From IMG/VR virus record IMGVR_UViG_3300035208_007155, positions 1 through 64,000 of that record: a stretch of DNA of 64,000 bases; one strand, given 5' to 3'. A program made the translations under genes and the position numbers. This DNA comes from a virus (taxonomy: Duplodnaviria; Caudoviricetes). Shown piece after piece: positions 28,428 through 37,905 of the stretch (position 1 is the first letter of the stretch; every line of letters begins with the position of its first letter). The notes below the pieces were generated by a model that saw only the letters and a program-made list of their open reading frames with translations, ran no database searches and had not been told where the DNA came from.

Positions 28428-28961
28428 CTATAATTTTATCTTTACTTTTGTGTCATCTTTTGAACTAAATATTATTTCTTTAGCTGCAATTATTTCTCCA
28501 GAAAATTCATTAATTCCAATATATTTTTTCCCTTGTCCTTTTTTAACATATGCCAATGTGACATGGGGACAATACGTTGGAAATGAAGATGTGTGTTTTA
28601 ATTGTTTTAACTTTTTGTTTAACTGATGCAATGATTGCCCTTGCACCTCAATTTTTACCACATCATATTTTGCATCATGTTCAAATATGGATATTTTACC
28701 AAGTGTAAATTTTATAGCATTTCCTTTTACTATTTCTTTGACTTCTTCTGACTTAGAGGTGTGTAATCCATATAAAATAGTCACATGTATCTCATTTTCT
28801 CTGCCAAAATGACTGCCCTCTTTGTATAATTCCTTTTCTGGAATATGTTTTTTACCCCAAGCAATTATCTTTTTTGCCAAGTGTTGGGGAATATCAACTT
28901 GCACGGAAGAATAATCATAACTTGTTCCGTGTTTTTCTAAATATTGTTGCCAAGTTAACAT
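28428..28961 (-). CDS. 2H phosphoesterase (T4 gp57B/Acb1-like)
   Basis: Two HxT motifs: IHVTILYG and PHVTLAY. Confidence 0.85.
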   Translation of the reverse strand: MLTWQQYLEKHGTSYDYSSVQVDIPQHLAKKIIAWGKKHIPEKELYKEGSHFGRENEIHVTILYGLHTSKSEEVKEIVKGNAIKFTLGKISIFEHDAKYDVVKIEVQGQSLHQLNKKLKQLKHTSSFPTYCPHVTLAYVKKGQGKKYIGINEFSGEIIAAKEIIFSSKDDTKVKIKL

Positions 28962-29048
28962 AATGTTTTTTCTTTAAAATATAGCATCCCTTTTTTGCTC
29001 TTATCTGCCAACCAAATTACTAAAATATTTTTATGAATTTCCACAAAA

Positions 29049-30962
29049 CTACCACCCGAAAGACTTCAGGAGGTCGTCGTGACGCCTCCTCCAGACAACT
29101 GCTTCGCTTTCTTCATCCTCTTTGTCTGTGCCGAAGAAATTAAAAAATGAATCCCGTTCCTCTTCATCTTCTAATAGCATTTCATTCTCAATGCCACGCA
29201 ACATCTCTTGTTTAATTTGTTCGTAAATATCTGATTTAAATATTTGAGTAGTTTCTTCTGGAATTTGTACACCCACAGGCATATCATGTAACATTTTATC
29301 TCTGATACACAAAGCAATGGAAAGAGCCATAATGGAATCGTCATGTTTTCCTTTTAATGCTTCGGCTCGTTTGGCTCTAGGGTTAAATATAAATGTTTTT
29401 AATTCTTCTACCAAACGACAACTATTAATGGCCAACGTTCCATTTAATAATTTGTTTTGTACAGCTTCTAAGAAAACAGTTCTATTATTTGGTCCCATTT
29501 TTACACCTGGGCGTGGGTCTTTCCCTTTGCCATCGAAATACAAGTTGTCATATCCCAATCCCAAGTGCAAAGCATTAGCAACAGCACATCCTACGCCATT
29601 TGATTCAACAACAATTAATGCATGGTTATACATAATGCCTATTCTCTCTAGAACCATTGAAAAAGAATTTGGAGTAATAATATTACTATAAAATTCTGCC
29701 ACTTGTTCTAATGTTTTCATGTCAATTACATGAAAACAACTACTATCGCCATTTTCTTTTACACCCTCGGCACAGTCAACACCTATAATATAATCATGGG
29801 CCTCATGGGGCTCCTCCCACACCCATAATGCACCTCGTTCCCATCCATAGTTTTTTTCACCACGATTAGCCCACTGTTCCATTAAAATTCTTTTAGGAAT
29901 TCTTTCACGGGTCTCTTCAATCAAGTCACTAATAATGTGAGGCGGAATAAATGTATCACCTGATCCCAAAAAGCTACGCAACACTTCTTGTTGCCAAGCT
30001 TTATCGCCCAAGTTGGTTTTAGTTTCAGCAATCCAATCAGGGCGGCAATAGTCAGGATGCTGCCAGTAATCTAAATCAATAACATGGAAGTGGTTTCTTC
30101 CCGCTTCCGCAGAGTGATATGTTTCTTCGTACCAATTGCCCAAGCCATTGACGGTGGAAATCACATAGCAAGAACCACCCGTAGCAATTGTGGGATACAT
30201 GGCTTTCCAGTGAGTTTCCATATCAGGAATAAATGCACCTTCATCAATGATAAGAATTGTGATAGATTTACCACGAGCAGCGTCTGGCGTGTAAAATCTC
30301 ATAGCACTACCAGTTTCTCCAAATATTTTTTCATGCTTACTTTCGCCATCCATCTTGGGCTTGAGCCAAGAGGGGAGATATTCCAAGGCTCTTTTGCTTA
30401 CTTCGCCAGCAGCAATAGCTTCACGGTCAGTTTTTGACAAAACCATAATTTGTTGGTCAGTTCTAAACATACAACGCCACAAAGCCCACAAAACGGCAAT
30501 AGTTGTCAAGCCTCCCTGTCGGAACTTGCTAATAATACAAAATCGATTATTTTCATATTCCTCAATAACTTTTCTTTGATACTTGTAAAGAATACAGGGA
30601 ATTAAACCATCAATAGGATGGAATATTTTCACGTATTTGTGGCAAAAATATGGAAAACTATTAACACATTTGATAAATTCTTTCATTTGCCGATCTGGAC
30701 TGAAGGTTTCCGGGTCTTCGGCATAAGAATCAATACCAATGTCTAATTCTAATTTGTCAAATGTATAGAATTGGGAGTATACATCATTCCATTCCTTGGC
30801 TTGCACAATTTCCGATACTTTTTGGAATTTATTGTAAAAACCAGGATCGCTGGGGGAACCGATAAACTTTAAATCGGGAATTTTAACTTTACTTCTGATA
30901 AATCTGATCTCATCAGAAATATCATTTCGTTCGTTGTCCATAATGGCGGGATCATTATCCAT
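29049..30962 (-). CDS. Terminase large subunit (T4 gp17-like)
   Basis: YKYQ; KFRQGGLTT; IIDEGAFI; STVNG; GVDCAEG; VESNGVG; HDDSIMA. Confidence 0.95.
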   Translation of the reverse strand: MDNDPAIMDNERNDISDEIRFIRSKVKIPDLKFIGSPSDPGFYNKFQKVSEIVQAKEWNDVYSQFYTFDKLELDIGIDSYAEDPETFSPDRQMKEFIKCVNSFPYFCHKYVKIFHPIDGLIPCILYKYQRKVIEEYENNRFCIISKFRQGGLTTIAVLWALWRCMFRTDQQIMVLSKTDREAIAAGEVSKRALEYLPSWLKPKMDGESKHEKIFGETGSAMRFYTPDAARGKSITILIIDEGAFIPDMETHWKAMYPTIATGGSCYVISTVNGLGNWYEETYHSAEAGRNHFHVIDLDYWQHPDYCRPDWIAETKTNLGDKAWQQEVLRSFLGSGDTFIPPHIISDLIEETRERIPKRILMEQWANRGEKNYGWERGALWVWEEPHEAHDYIIGVDCAEGVKENGDSSCFHVIDMKTLEQVAEFYSNIITPNSFSMVLERIGIMYNHALIVVESNGVGCAVANALHLGLGYDNLYFDGKGKDPRPGVKMGPNNRTVFLEAVQNKLLNGTLAINSCRLVEELKTFIFNPRAKRAEALKGKHDDSIMALSIALCIRDKMLHDMPVGVQIPEETTQIFKSDIYEQIKQEMLRGIENEMLLEDEEERDSFFNFFGTDKEDEESEAVVWRRRHDDLLKSFGW

Positions 30963-31020
30963 AATTTACTAACCTTTCAAAATATCTATGCATAAAGTTA
31001 ATAAATTTAGAAAAATGACG

Positions 31021-31048
31021 TTGACAATTAAAAAATAAAAACTATAAT
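31021..31048 (+). promoter_or_regulatory. Consensus sigma70 early promoter TTGACA-N16-TATAAT
   Basis: Perfect hexamers, followed by an AAGGAG RBS. Confidence 0.85.
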
Positions 31049-31081
31049 TGTGTTAGGCAAGTACGAAAAAAGGAGAAAGAA

Positions 31082-31396
31082 ATGAAAGAATATCGTATTG
31101 TTAGAGCGTTACCCGTGGCTCGCTTTTACTACACTGGCAGCCATTCTCATCCTGTACGGCGAACTGTATTAGTGATTGAGAACCACAAAACCTATTTTAC
31201 AGGTCATGAAATGCGTGAGGGTTCTGTTGTCAGAACTAAGATTTCTCAGGCCCCCATCAAGAGCTATTCTAAGAGTAAAATAGCCAAGATTGGTCAATGT
31301 GGTCTTCGTTTGCGAAAAAGAATTCCACAAAATATGCATACCCACAGCACCTATGAACGACGCAAATTGATAGATTTGGTCACCCGTGGGGTGTAA
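31082..31396 (+). CDS. Basic hypothetical early protein
   Basis: Strong promoter and RBS. Confidence 0.75.
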   Translation: MKEYRIVRALPVARFYYTGSHSHPVRRTVLVIENHKTYFTGHEMREGSVVRTKISQAPIKSYSKSKIAKIGQCGLRLRKRIPQNMHTHSTYERRKLIDLVTRGV

Positions 31397-31398
31397 GT

Positions 31399-31896
31399 AT
31401 GCCAAAATATTGGGACGATGAAGACGGTTGGCATGACCGTCTTCATCGTCAGTCAGAAACTGAATTAAAAGAGAAGACAATGAATGCTAATGATTTAAAT
31501 TTAATGGCTTTTTTGCTCAACAAACTCAACATGACCTATGCTGAAGCTAAAAAAGAATTTTTAAATCAAGCTGAAGTCAAACCAGTTTGTAGGAATATAG
31601 AAATTTCCCAGGAATTGGTTGAAGTCATGACAGAACCAATGGCTCAGTTATATCGAGTTATTCCCATTAACTATGAGAATGAAACTAATACATTGACTGT
31701 TGCTGCTGCCATTATCAGCAAGTCAATTGAAGAAGAGTTGCAAACTTTTTTGGGATGCAATATTAAAACAGAAATCTATACAGAAGAAGAAATAAACAAG
31801 GCTTTGAATCACTACTACAATTTGAGTGGCTGCTGTGATTGTGATTGCTGCTGTGAGCCCTTCGAATTTCCAGATTGCATGGGCAGGGAATTATAG
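31399..31896 (+). CDS. Stand-alone GspE/PilB N-terminal (T2SSE_N/MshEN-like) domain protein
   Basis: MAQLYRVIPI...TLTVA...ELQTFLG..I......EEINKALNHYY; Cys-rich tail; no ATPase domain. Confidence 0.7.
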   Translation: MPKYWDDEDGWHDRLHRQSETELKEKTMNANDLNLMAFLLNKLNMTYAEAKKEFLNQAEVKPVCRNIEISQELVEVMTEPMAQLYRVIPINYENETNTLTVAAAIISKSIEEELQTFLGCNIKTEIYTEEEINKALNHYYNLSGCCDCDCCCEPFEFPDCMGREL

Positions 31897-31955
31897 ATGC
31901 AAAATATTGATCCTGACATCTAAATACCTATAATTGAAACAAACAGGAAGCAAAA

Positions 31956-33074
31956 ATGTCATATTATCAAAACGTTTTTCCACAAGAATTTATAGGTAAC
32001 TGGGTCTTAGGCGATAGGCAAGCCAGTTTATCTTTTAGATGCCCAGCCAATACAGGTCGGGGCGATGAAGTTGTTCAGAGTTATGGCAATCCGACACTTA
32101 CAGCCGGTGATCCAACATTCAATCTTTCAGCCAATGATCCTGAAAGCAATGCCACCACCAGTCTGAGAATTTGGTACGCCAGAGATTTTGCCACGGGATT
32201 TAAGGGATGGACACAACTAGCAGTTGTTATCGCTGGCCCTGGTGCCACTGTTCCCACAACCGCTGCAACAACCACGCCAACACAAATAGTAGCCAATTTA
32301 AATGCTGATACGACTTTTGCCACTATGTTTGTTGCAAGTGTTGGAAATAATGGCAAAAGTATAGTCATTCGACAAGCCATTCCAATAACTCAGTTGAAGT
32401 TCTATATTGACAATAGAGCAGCAGAAACCATTTTGTTGTTCAATGCTCGGGCCGGGGTAGCAGAACTTCCCTGCTATTTTGATAGGCACACAATTCGACA
32501 AAGATTTGCTTATATTGATGGCATGAATCATTTGATTGATCTTTCTCACGATATTACTAATGTCAGTGTGGCCAATCCTGGTGTAATAACATCTTTGGCT
32601 CATGGCTTGGCAAATACTGATCTAATTACCATTGACAATTCCAATTCAACTGGATCACTCGATACAGCCAGTGTTGCAGTGGCAAATGTTACTGCTGACA
32701 CTTTCACCACAGGTGTTAATGTCACTGTATTGGGTAATTATGGCGTGTGGGCAAGATTAGTAGATTTTAATGTTATTACTAACGCAACCGATAAAAATGG
32801 CAATACCTTAGGATATAGTTTAGCTACAACCAAGAGAGATTACCAACTTCTTGCTGGACGTTCTGGAATATTTAATTTCCAAAAAATTACAGTGGATGCA
32901 ATTGGAACTGGTAGAATTACTAAAATTATTGAATACCCTGCGGGGGCGGTAGCTGGCAACATGGGAAGACTGATCGAATATAAATATACGGATGCTAAAA
33001 CAAATCCCGATATAATCACCGAAGAGCCTTATGTTTTGACAAACGCTGATTTGGTAACACCACCAGTCGTCTAA
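31956..33074 (+). CDS. Putative virion structural protein
   Basis: Thr/Ala/Asn-rich beta composition; ITNVSVANPGVIT..AHGL module; CTAAATAC upstream. Confidence 0.65.
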   Translation: MSYYQNVFPQEFIGNWVLGDRQASLSFRCPANTGRGDEVVQSYGNPTLTAGDPTFNLSANDPESNATTSLRIWYARDFATGFKGWTQLAVVIAGPGATVPTTAATTTPTQIVANLNADTTFATMFVASVGNNGKSIVIRQAIPITQLKFYIDNRAAETILLFNARAGVAELPCYFDRHTIRQRFAYIDGMNHLIDLSHDITNVSVANPGVITSLAHGLANTDLITIDNSNSTGSLDTASVAVANVTADTFTTGVNVTVLGNYGVWARLVDFNVITNATDKNGNTLGYSLATTKRDYQLLAGRSGIFNFQKITVDAIGTGRITKIIEYPAGAVAGNMGRLIEYKYTDAKTNPDIITEEPYVLTNADLVTPPVV

Positions 33075-33844
33075 GAGCCCATGTCTCTGAATAATATGTG
33101 ATGTATGCCTTGCATTTTGTATAGTGCATTTGGCTCTTCATTTGTGCGATAATGTTTATCAGTAGAAATATTCATTTCTATTAAAGATGGTTTTATAGGT
33201 ATTATAATTGGGCTTGAGCTTGAGCTTGAGCTTCCAGCGGCACCACCACTTGAGCTTGAGTTTGAACTGGAGCTTTTGCTTGAGCTTGAACTAGAGCTTT
33301 TGCTTGAACTCTTTGAACTGGAGCTTGAGCCTGCTTCAATCACAATGAGTGGTGTGCTTGGATAACCGCCTAGTATATCAAAACTATTATTGGTAATTTT
33401 AAAGGCGTATGTACCAATACTTGTAAACTTTAAAGACCACACCCACTCTGCGTACATATTCAAAGTCATATTTACCTGAGTAGCAACACTGTCCATATCA
33501 TTTTGCGTTCCAAATCCAGCATAAGTACCCTCTGGTGACAATAAAGAGTTGCCTGTTCCTGTACTATCTGTGATATAGTCTGAACGCCAAACAACTACTG
33601 GTGTTGCTACTCCAATAGCATAATAATTTGGGCTGTCGATGGGTTTGGAATAATATAAACTTGGGGTAAGAAGAGAGCTTCCTCCACCTGTTGCAGTTGC
33701 CAGCTTGATTCTAATTCTGTAATTAGTATTTGTAACACCAGCAGCTTGAGTGTTTTCGTCCGCAAGTGGATTCTCACCAACGCCTAATGCGTGGTCATCC
33801 AAGTACCAACGATAACCAGTTTGTGTATATTTTAATCCTGCCAT
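33071..33844 (-). CDS. Ser-linker virion protein, paralog A
   Basis: Tandem paralog of 33857..34618. Confidence 0.75.
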   Translation of the reverse strand: MAGLKYTQTGYRWYLDDHALGVGENPLADENTQAAGVTNTNYRIRIKLATATGGGSSLLTPSLYYSKPIDSPNYYAIGVATPVVVWRSDYITDSTGTGNSLLSPEGTYAGFGTQNDMDSVATQVNMTLNMYAEWVWSLKFTSIGTYAFKITNNSFDILGGYPSTPLIVIEAGSSSSSKSSSKSSSSSSSKSSSSNSSSSGGAAGSSSSSSSPIIIPIKPSLIEMNISTDKHYRTNEEPNALYKMQGIHHILFRDMGS

Positions 33845-34600
33845 TGTTTTCCTGCTTTAAGAGCCCATGTCTCTGAATAATATGTGATGTATGCCTTGCA
33901 TTTTGTATAATGCATTTGGTTCTTCATTTGTGCGGTAATACTTCTCAGTAGAAATATTCATTTCTATTAAAGATGGTTTTATAAGTGATGTAGCCGATGA
34001 GCCTGATGATCTTGATGAGGATGAGCTTGAGCTTGATGAGCCTGCGGGAACATTGCCACTACTTGAACTTGAACTTGAACTTGAACTTGAACTTGAAGGG
34101 GAAAGCTCAATCATAATGCGTGGAATTTGCGGATAGCCTCCTGCTATATCACTTCCAGCATTTGTTATTTTAAAGGCATATAAGCCAATGTTTGTAAATT
34201 TTAAACACCATTCCCACTCCGTGTATTGACCATTACTCAGCGTCACCGTAGGAGCAACATTGTCTATATCATTTTGTGTTCCTTGTTGAATATAACTAAG
34301 TCCACCTGATGATAATAAAGAGCCACCCACTCCAGTACCATCAGTAATATAACTTGAAGGAGAAACAACTACTGGTGTTGCTACTCCAATAGCATAATAA
34401 TTTGGGCTGTCGATGGGTTTGGAATAATATAAACTTGGGGTAAGAAGAGAGCTTCCTCCACCTGTTGCAGTTGCCAGCTTGATTCTAATTCTGTAATTAG
34501 TATTTGTAACACCAGCAGCTTGAGTGTTTTCGTCCGCAAGTGGATTCTCACCAACGCCTAATGCGTGGTCATCCAAGTACCAACGATAACCAGTTTGTGT
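33589..34600. repeat. 238-bp exact direct repeat (33589-33826 and 34363-34600)
   Basis: Base-by-base comparison; the 3' ends of the two genes are also nearly identical. Confidence 0.85.
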
Positions 34601-34618
34601 GTATACTATTCCCGCCAT
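33857..34618 (-). CDS. Ser-linker virion protein, paralog B
   Basis: Tandem paralog of 33071..33844. Confidence 0.75.
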   Translation of the reverse strand: MAGIVYTQTGYRWYLDDHALGVGENPLADENTQAAGVTNTNYRIRIKLATATGGGSSLLTPSLYYSKPIDSPNYYAIGVATPVVVSPSSYITDGTGVGGSLLSSGGLSYIQQGTQNDIDNVAPTVTLSNGQYTEWEWCLKFTNIGLYAFKITNAGSDIAGGYPQIPRIMIELSPSSSSSSSSSSSSSGNVPAGSSSSSSSSSRSSGSSATSLIKPSLIEMNISTEKYYRTNEEPNALYKMQGIHHILFRDMGS

Positions 34619-34633
34619 TATTTTTATCCCTCA

Positions 34634-34643
34634 ACTATATAGT
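34634..34643. promoter_or_regulatory. Palindromic late promoter motif ACTATATAGT between divergent genes
   Basis: Directly visible. Confidence 0.6.
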
Positions 34644-34648
34644 GATAT

Positions 34649-34813
34649 ATGACTAAAGAAGAAATCAAAGAAATTGTTTCTGAGACCATTGAGCAACTTC
34701 ATTCAAGATCGATGTTGACAAGCTATGGCATAAAAACAAATAAGTGGAACATTGTGGGAATTGTAATTATTGTAATTCAAGTAATTGCAATTAGTTATTT
34801 TATGTTCTTTTAA
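34649..34813 (+). CDS. Small membrane protein (54 aa; not in the ORF track)
   Basis: MTKEEIKEIV...WNIVGIVIIVIQVIAISYFMFF*. Confidence 0.6.
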   Translation: MTKEEIKEIVSETIEQLHSRSMLTSYGIKTNKWNIVGIVIIVIQVIAISYFMFF

Positions 34814-35391
34814 GCTCCCCACAAGCGTTTCATTTTTTCAACCCAAGCCAATTTGCTTCTTTTTTTGGTTTCAATCAACTTGCGGTTGTGTTCATTTTGA
34901 CGTTCTTTGAATAATTTACGGCCTTGCAAATATAATTTTTCTATCATTTGCTGCCATTCATCAACGGGAACATAAGACTTTAAATCCCCTCCCAATTCTC
35001 TATACACTATTGTTCCTTTGTATAAAACTTTGATTTCGGATTCGTCATCTTTAAACCAAATTTCGAGAGGAAATCCTCTGCTCAAACCATCGAAATGCCA
35101 CCCTTCATTATTTGTGCCAAACATGGAAATGTTTTCTGGAACATTCCATTCCGCCCCATCGGGCAATCCTCGTTCTTCTGTATCGGCTGTTGGCAAATTA
35201 TCGTCTTCTAAATTCATATAATCATCTAAAAGTGTTTCTGTGTAGAATTTACCTCCCCCAGTAGTATGTCTTACTAGAGGTTCGCCCATTGTTTTGAGGA
35301 TAACGCCAAACTTGCCTTTTAAGCCCATGTAATCTTTGCGTTTGGCTTCTAAAATTCGCAAATCCCGAATCTTTTGTTCGTGTTCGTTCAA
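34810..35391 (-). CDS. Hypothetical protein
   Basis: TTG start with GAGG RBS. Confidence 0.7.
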   Translation of the reverse strand: MNEHEQKIRDLRILEAKRKDYMGLKGKFGVILKTMGEPLVRHTTGGGKFYTETLLDDYMNLEDDNLPTADTEERGLPDGAEWNVPENISMFGTNNEGWHFDGLSRGFPLEIWFKDDESEIKVLYKGTIVYRELGGDLKSYVPVDEWQQMIEKLYLQGRKLFKERQNEHNRKLIETKKRSKLAWVEKMKRLWGA

Positions 35392-35393
35392 TT

Positions 35394-35915
35394 TTAAACC
35401 TCAATATTTTTCAATTCGCCATTAAGATATTTGATTGCATTAATCAAAGTATCAACATTGTCTTGAGCATGGCCGAGCATCACATTACAATGATGACATA
35501 TCACTCCTCTTACATTACCAGTTGTGTGATCGTGGTCTATAACTCTTTTGCACTTTTTTCCATCTATTCGCTTTTTAGAAGTTGCACCTTGTATAAACTC
35601 TCTTTCACAAATTGGGCAATTAGTCAAAGAATAAACACATTCAATTTGATCTGCATTTAATTTATAGCGAAGACCAGTTAGTATTTTTTTATACTCCTCG
35701 GTGTTATATTTTTGATATTTATCTGGATTAGATTGTCGTCTTTTGCGTTGTTTTTCGGCAAGTTCTTTCTTATGTGCGTCTTTCCACTCTTTTTGTTTGC
35801 CATACACTTCTTCTTTATGCAACGATCTATATTTAGCACCATATGCTTTTGATTCTTCTTTATGCGATGCTCTATATTTAGCATTGTATAATTTTCTTTT
35901 TTCTTTGTCGGTCAT
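35394..35915 (-). CDS. Endonuclease VII-type HNH nuclease
   Basis: CPIC...IDHDH.TG.VRGVIC..CN..LG. Confidence 0.9.
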   Translation of the reverse strand: MTDKEKRKLYNAKYRASHKEESKAYGAKYRSLHKEEVYGKQKEWKDAHKKELAEKQRKRRQSNPDKYQKYNTEEYKKILTGLRYKLNADQIECVYSLTNCPICEREFIQGATSKKRIDGKKCKRVIDHDHTTGNVRGVICHHCNVMLGHAQDNVDTLINAIKYLNGELKNIEV

Positions 35916-35916
35916 A

Positions 35917-36192
35917 TTACCACTCCTCCATGCATATTTTTCTCATTAGCTCATCATTTGGAAGGCTGTTCCAGCCATCTTCGGTTGCAGGCAGAAGATT
36001 GATTTCTAGTTTTTGGCCTTCTGTTACCTTGCTCTTAATTACAACTTTTCCGAATTTGGAATATTCTACAACCGATTTTCTTACTACATCTGATACGGTG
36101 ATTTTTTTTCCGCACAGCATTGAAATTATTTGCGACAATTTTTCTAAATGCTCCAGCAGGGATTCTTCCATCAATACATTGACTTGTTTCAT
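35917..36192 (-). CDS. Ribbon-helix-helix DNA-binding protein
   Basis: MKQVNVLMEESLLEHLE...TVSDVVRK. Confidence 0.55.
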   Translation of the reverse strand: MKQVNVLMEESLLEHLEKLSQIISMLCGKKITVSDVVRKSVVEYSKFGKVVIKSKVTEGQKLEINLLPATEDGWNSLPNDELMRKICMEEW

Positions 36193-36285
36193 GCTTACTC
36201 CTTCTATATTTCTATATCTCTATATTATATATGCACCAAGATTTAATTTTAATATGAATACATAAATAAAAAAGGAGACCTCTAT

Positions 36286-37698
36286 ATGTGGCAATGGTTA
36301 ATAAAAATATGGCAAAAAATACAAGATTTATTTGTGGTTGTACCGAAGCAACAAGTTATGCCAACACAAATAACTTTTCAAGCAAATGATCCAACAACAC
36401 CGGATTTAAGATTTGTGGTTCCTTGTCCTTCCGATCCATTACCATTGCAGATTACTGTGGTTGGTTTAAATTCCCCAGCGGAATGGGGGACGGCAGAAGG
36501 AGACGCCGCCACAGTATTTGTTACGCTCGCAACATTATTGGAATACTTAAAAAAGATGTTTAGTAAACCAACACACTGGGCAGCCGCTCCTATACTTCAG
36601 GTTGTGCCAAGAGCGGGCAAACAATTAAATGCTTACTATGATCGCCAATCCCTGAGATATTTTTTTGACCAAGATCGTCATGGGAAAATGATCTATTTGT
36701 GCGAGTCTAGTGAAGTAGTTGCCCACGAATGCGGACATGCTATTTTAGATGCCCTTCGACCAGATTTTTGGAGCACAGCTTCCTTGGAAACATTTGCTTT
36801 TCATGAAGCATTTGCGGACATCACAGCAATGGTTGCCACGATGCAGTGGGACCAAGTATTGAACAAGGCAATTAAAGACACAAATGGCAATTTGCATCAA
36901 TCTAATGTTGTTTCTATGATTGGCGAAGATGTGGGACTTATATTAGGAATGCAACAGGGCTTAAGAAATGCATTCAATACTTTTTGCTACACTCCACCAG
37001 AAAACTTGCCAGAGAGTGCCCCAGACAATCAATTATCTGGAGAATGTCATAACTTTGGCAGAGTGTTTTTAGGAGCATGGTATGAATTAATGGTCAATAT
37101 TTATGATTATCACAAAACCGTAGGCATGGATGCAAAAACAGCACTCACACAAGCTAGAGATGTGGCATATTTATTGCTTTTAAATGCCGTTGTTCAAACC
37201 CCTAATACACCAAGATTACACGAAGCCATAGCGAAAATAATGGTTTCTTTGGCATCTAAAGATTACCAAGAAATTGTTAGAAAGACTTTTGCTAAAAGAG
37301 GCTTGCTTGGAGAACATAGTTTATTTGCAATGTCGGGTGTTACATGGGATCAATTTGCGGACAAAGATAAAGCTCGTATCATAGAGGGCAATACCAAATT
37401 TGCAGTTGTGTCCCCCGAGAAAAAAACCATGCATCTTGCCCATCACGTTTCTAATGAACGCCTGTCTGCACTAGCAATAGGTGGCTATAATTTAGGCAAT
37501 GTAAAAGTAGAATTTGCTGCGGATAAATTCTATGAATTCGATGAGGGCGGCAAATTAATTAGCATGTTTGCTCCCGAACAAGAAGAATTAGTTCAAATTA
37601 CACAAAAAGCCGTAACATCTATCACCAGTATTGGTCCTCATGAAGACACAATGTGGAAAGTAGAAAACGGAAATTTAGTAAGAACATATTACGAATAG
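36286..37698 (+). CDS. Zinc metalloprotease (M4/M36-like)
   Basis: NAYYD; VAHECGHAILD; HEAFAD; ECH. Confidence 0.85.
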   Translation: MWQWLIKIWQKIQDLFVVVPKQQVMPTQITFQANDPTTPDLRFVVPCPSDPLPLQITVVGLNSPAEWGTAEGDAATVFVTLATLLEYLKKMFSKPTHWAAAPILQVVPRAGKQLNAYYDRQSLRYFFDQDRHGKMIYLCESSEVVAHECGHAILDALRPDFWSTASLETFAFHEAFADITAMVATMQWDQVLNKAIKDTNGNLHQSNVVSMIGEDVGLILGMQQGLRNAFNTFCYTPPENLPESAPDNQLSGECHNFGRVFLGAWYELMVNIYDYHKTVGMDAKTALTQARDVAYLLLLNAVVQTPNTPRLHEAIAKIMVSLASKDYQEIVRKTFAKRGLLGEHSLFAMSGVTWDQFADKDKARIIEGNTKFAVVSPEKKTMHLAHHVSNERLSALAIGGYNLGNVKVEFAADKFYEFDEGGKLISMFAPEQEELVQITQKAVTSITSIGPHEDTMWKVENGNLVRTYYE

Positions 37699-37700
37699 AC

Positions 37701-37729
37701 TTGCAATAAATTAAATAATTTATTAGAAT
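37701..37729 (+). promoter_or_regulatory. Sigma70-like promoter TTGCAA-N17-TAGAAT
   Basis: Near consensus, with an AGGAG RBS downstream. Confidence 0.7.
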
Positions 37730-37761
37730 ACAATATAGCACCGTACCAATAGGAGCACAAT

Positions 37762-37905
37762 ATGGATTATTGGTTTGAAGAACGAGAAGAACCTTATTGT
37801 TTTATTAAACCTTCTCAGTTGGCTAATTGGCGTTGGGAAGAAGTAGAATGTGATGAAGAAGAGGATGAATTAGACGAAGATTTCATCAATTGGTTTGAAG
37901 ATTAG
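37762..37905 (+). CDS. Very acidic 47-aa early protein (not in the ORF track)
   Basis: MDYWFEEREEPYCFIKPSQLANWRWEEVECDEEEDELDEDFINWFED*; has its own promoter and RBS. Confidence 0.7.
   Translation: MDYWFEEREEPYCFIKPSQLANWRWEEVECDEEEDELDEDFINWFED

Noticed and set aside
33071-34618. Paralog pair as a DGR template/variable repeat
   Set aside because: Mismatches are not adenine-specific, include indels, and no reverse transcriptase is present in the window.
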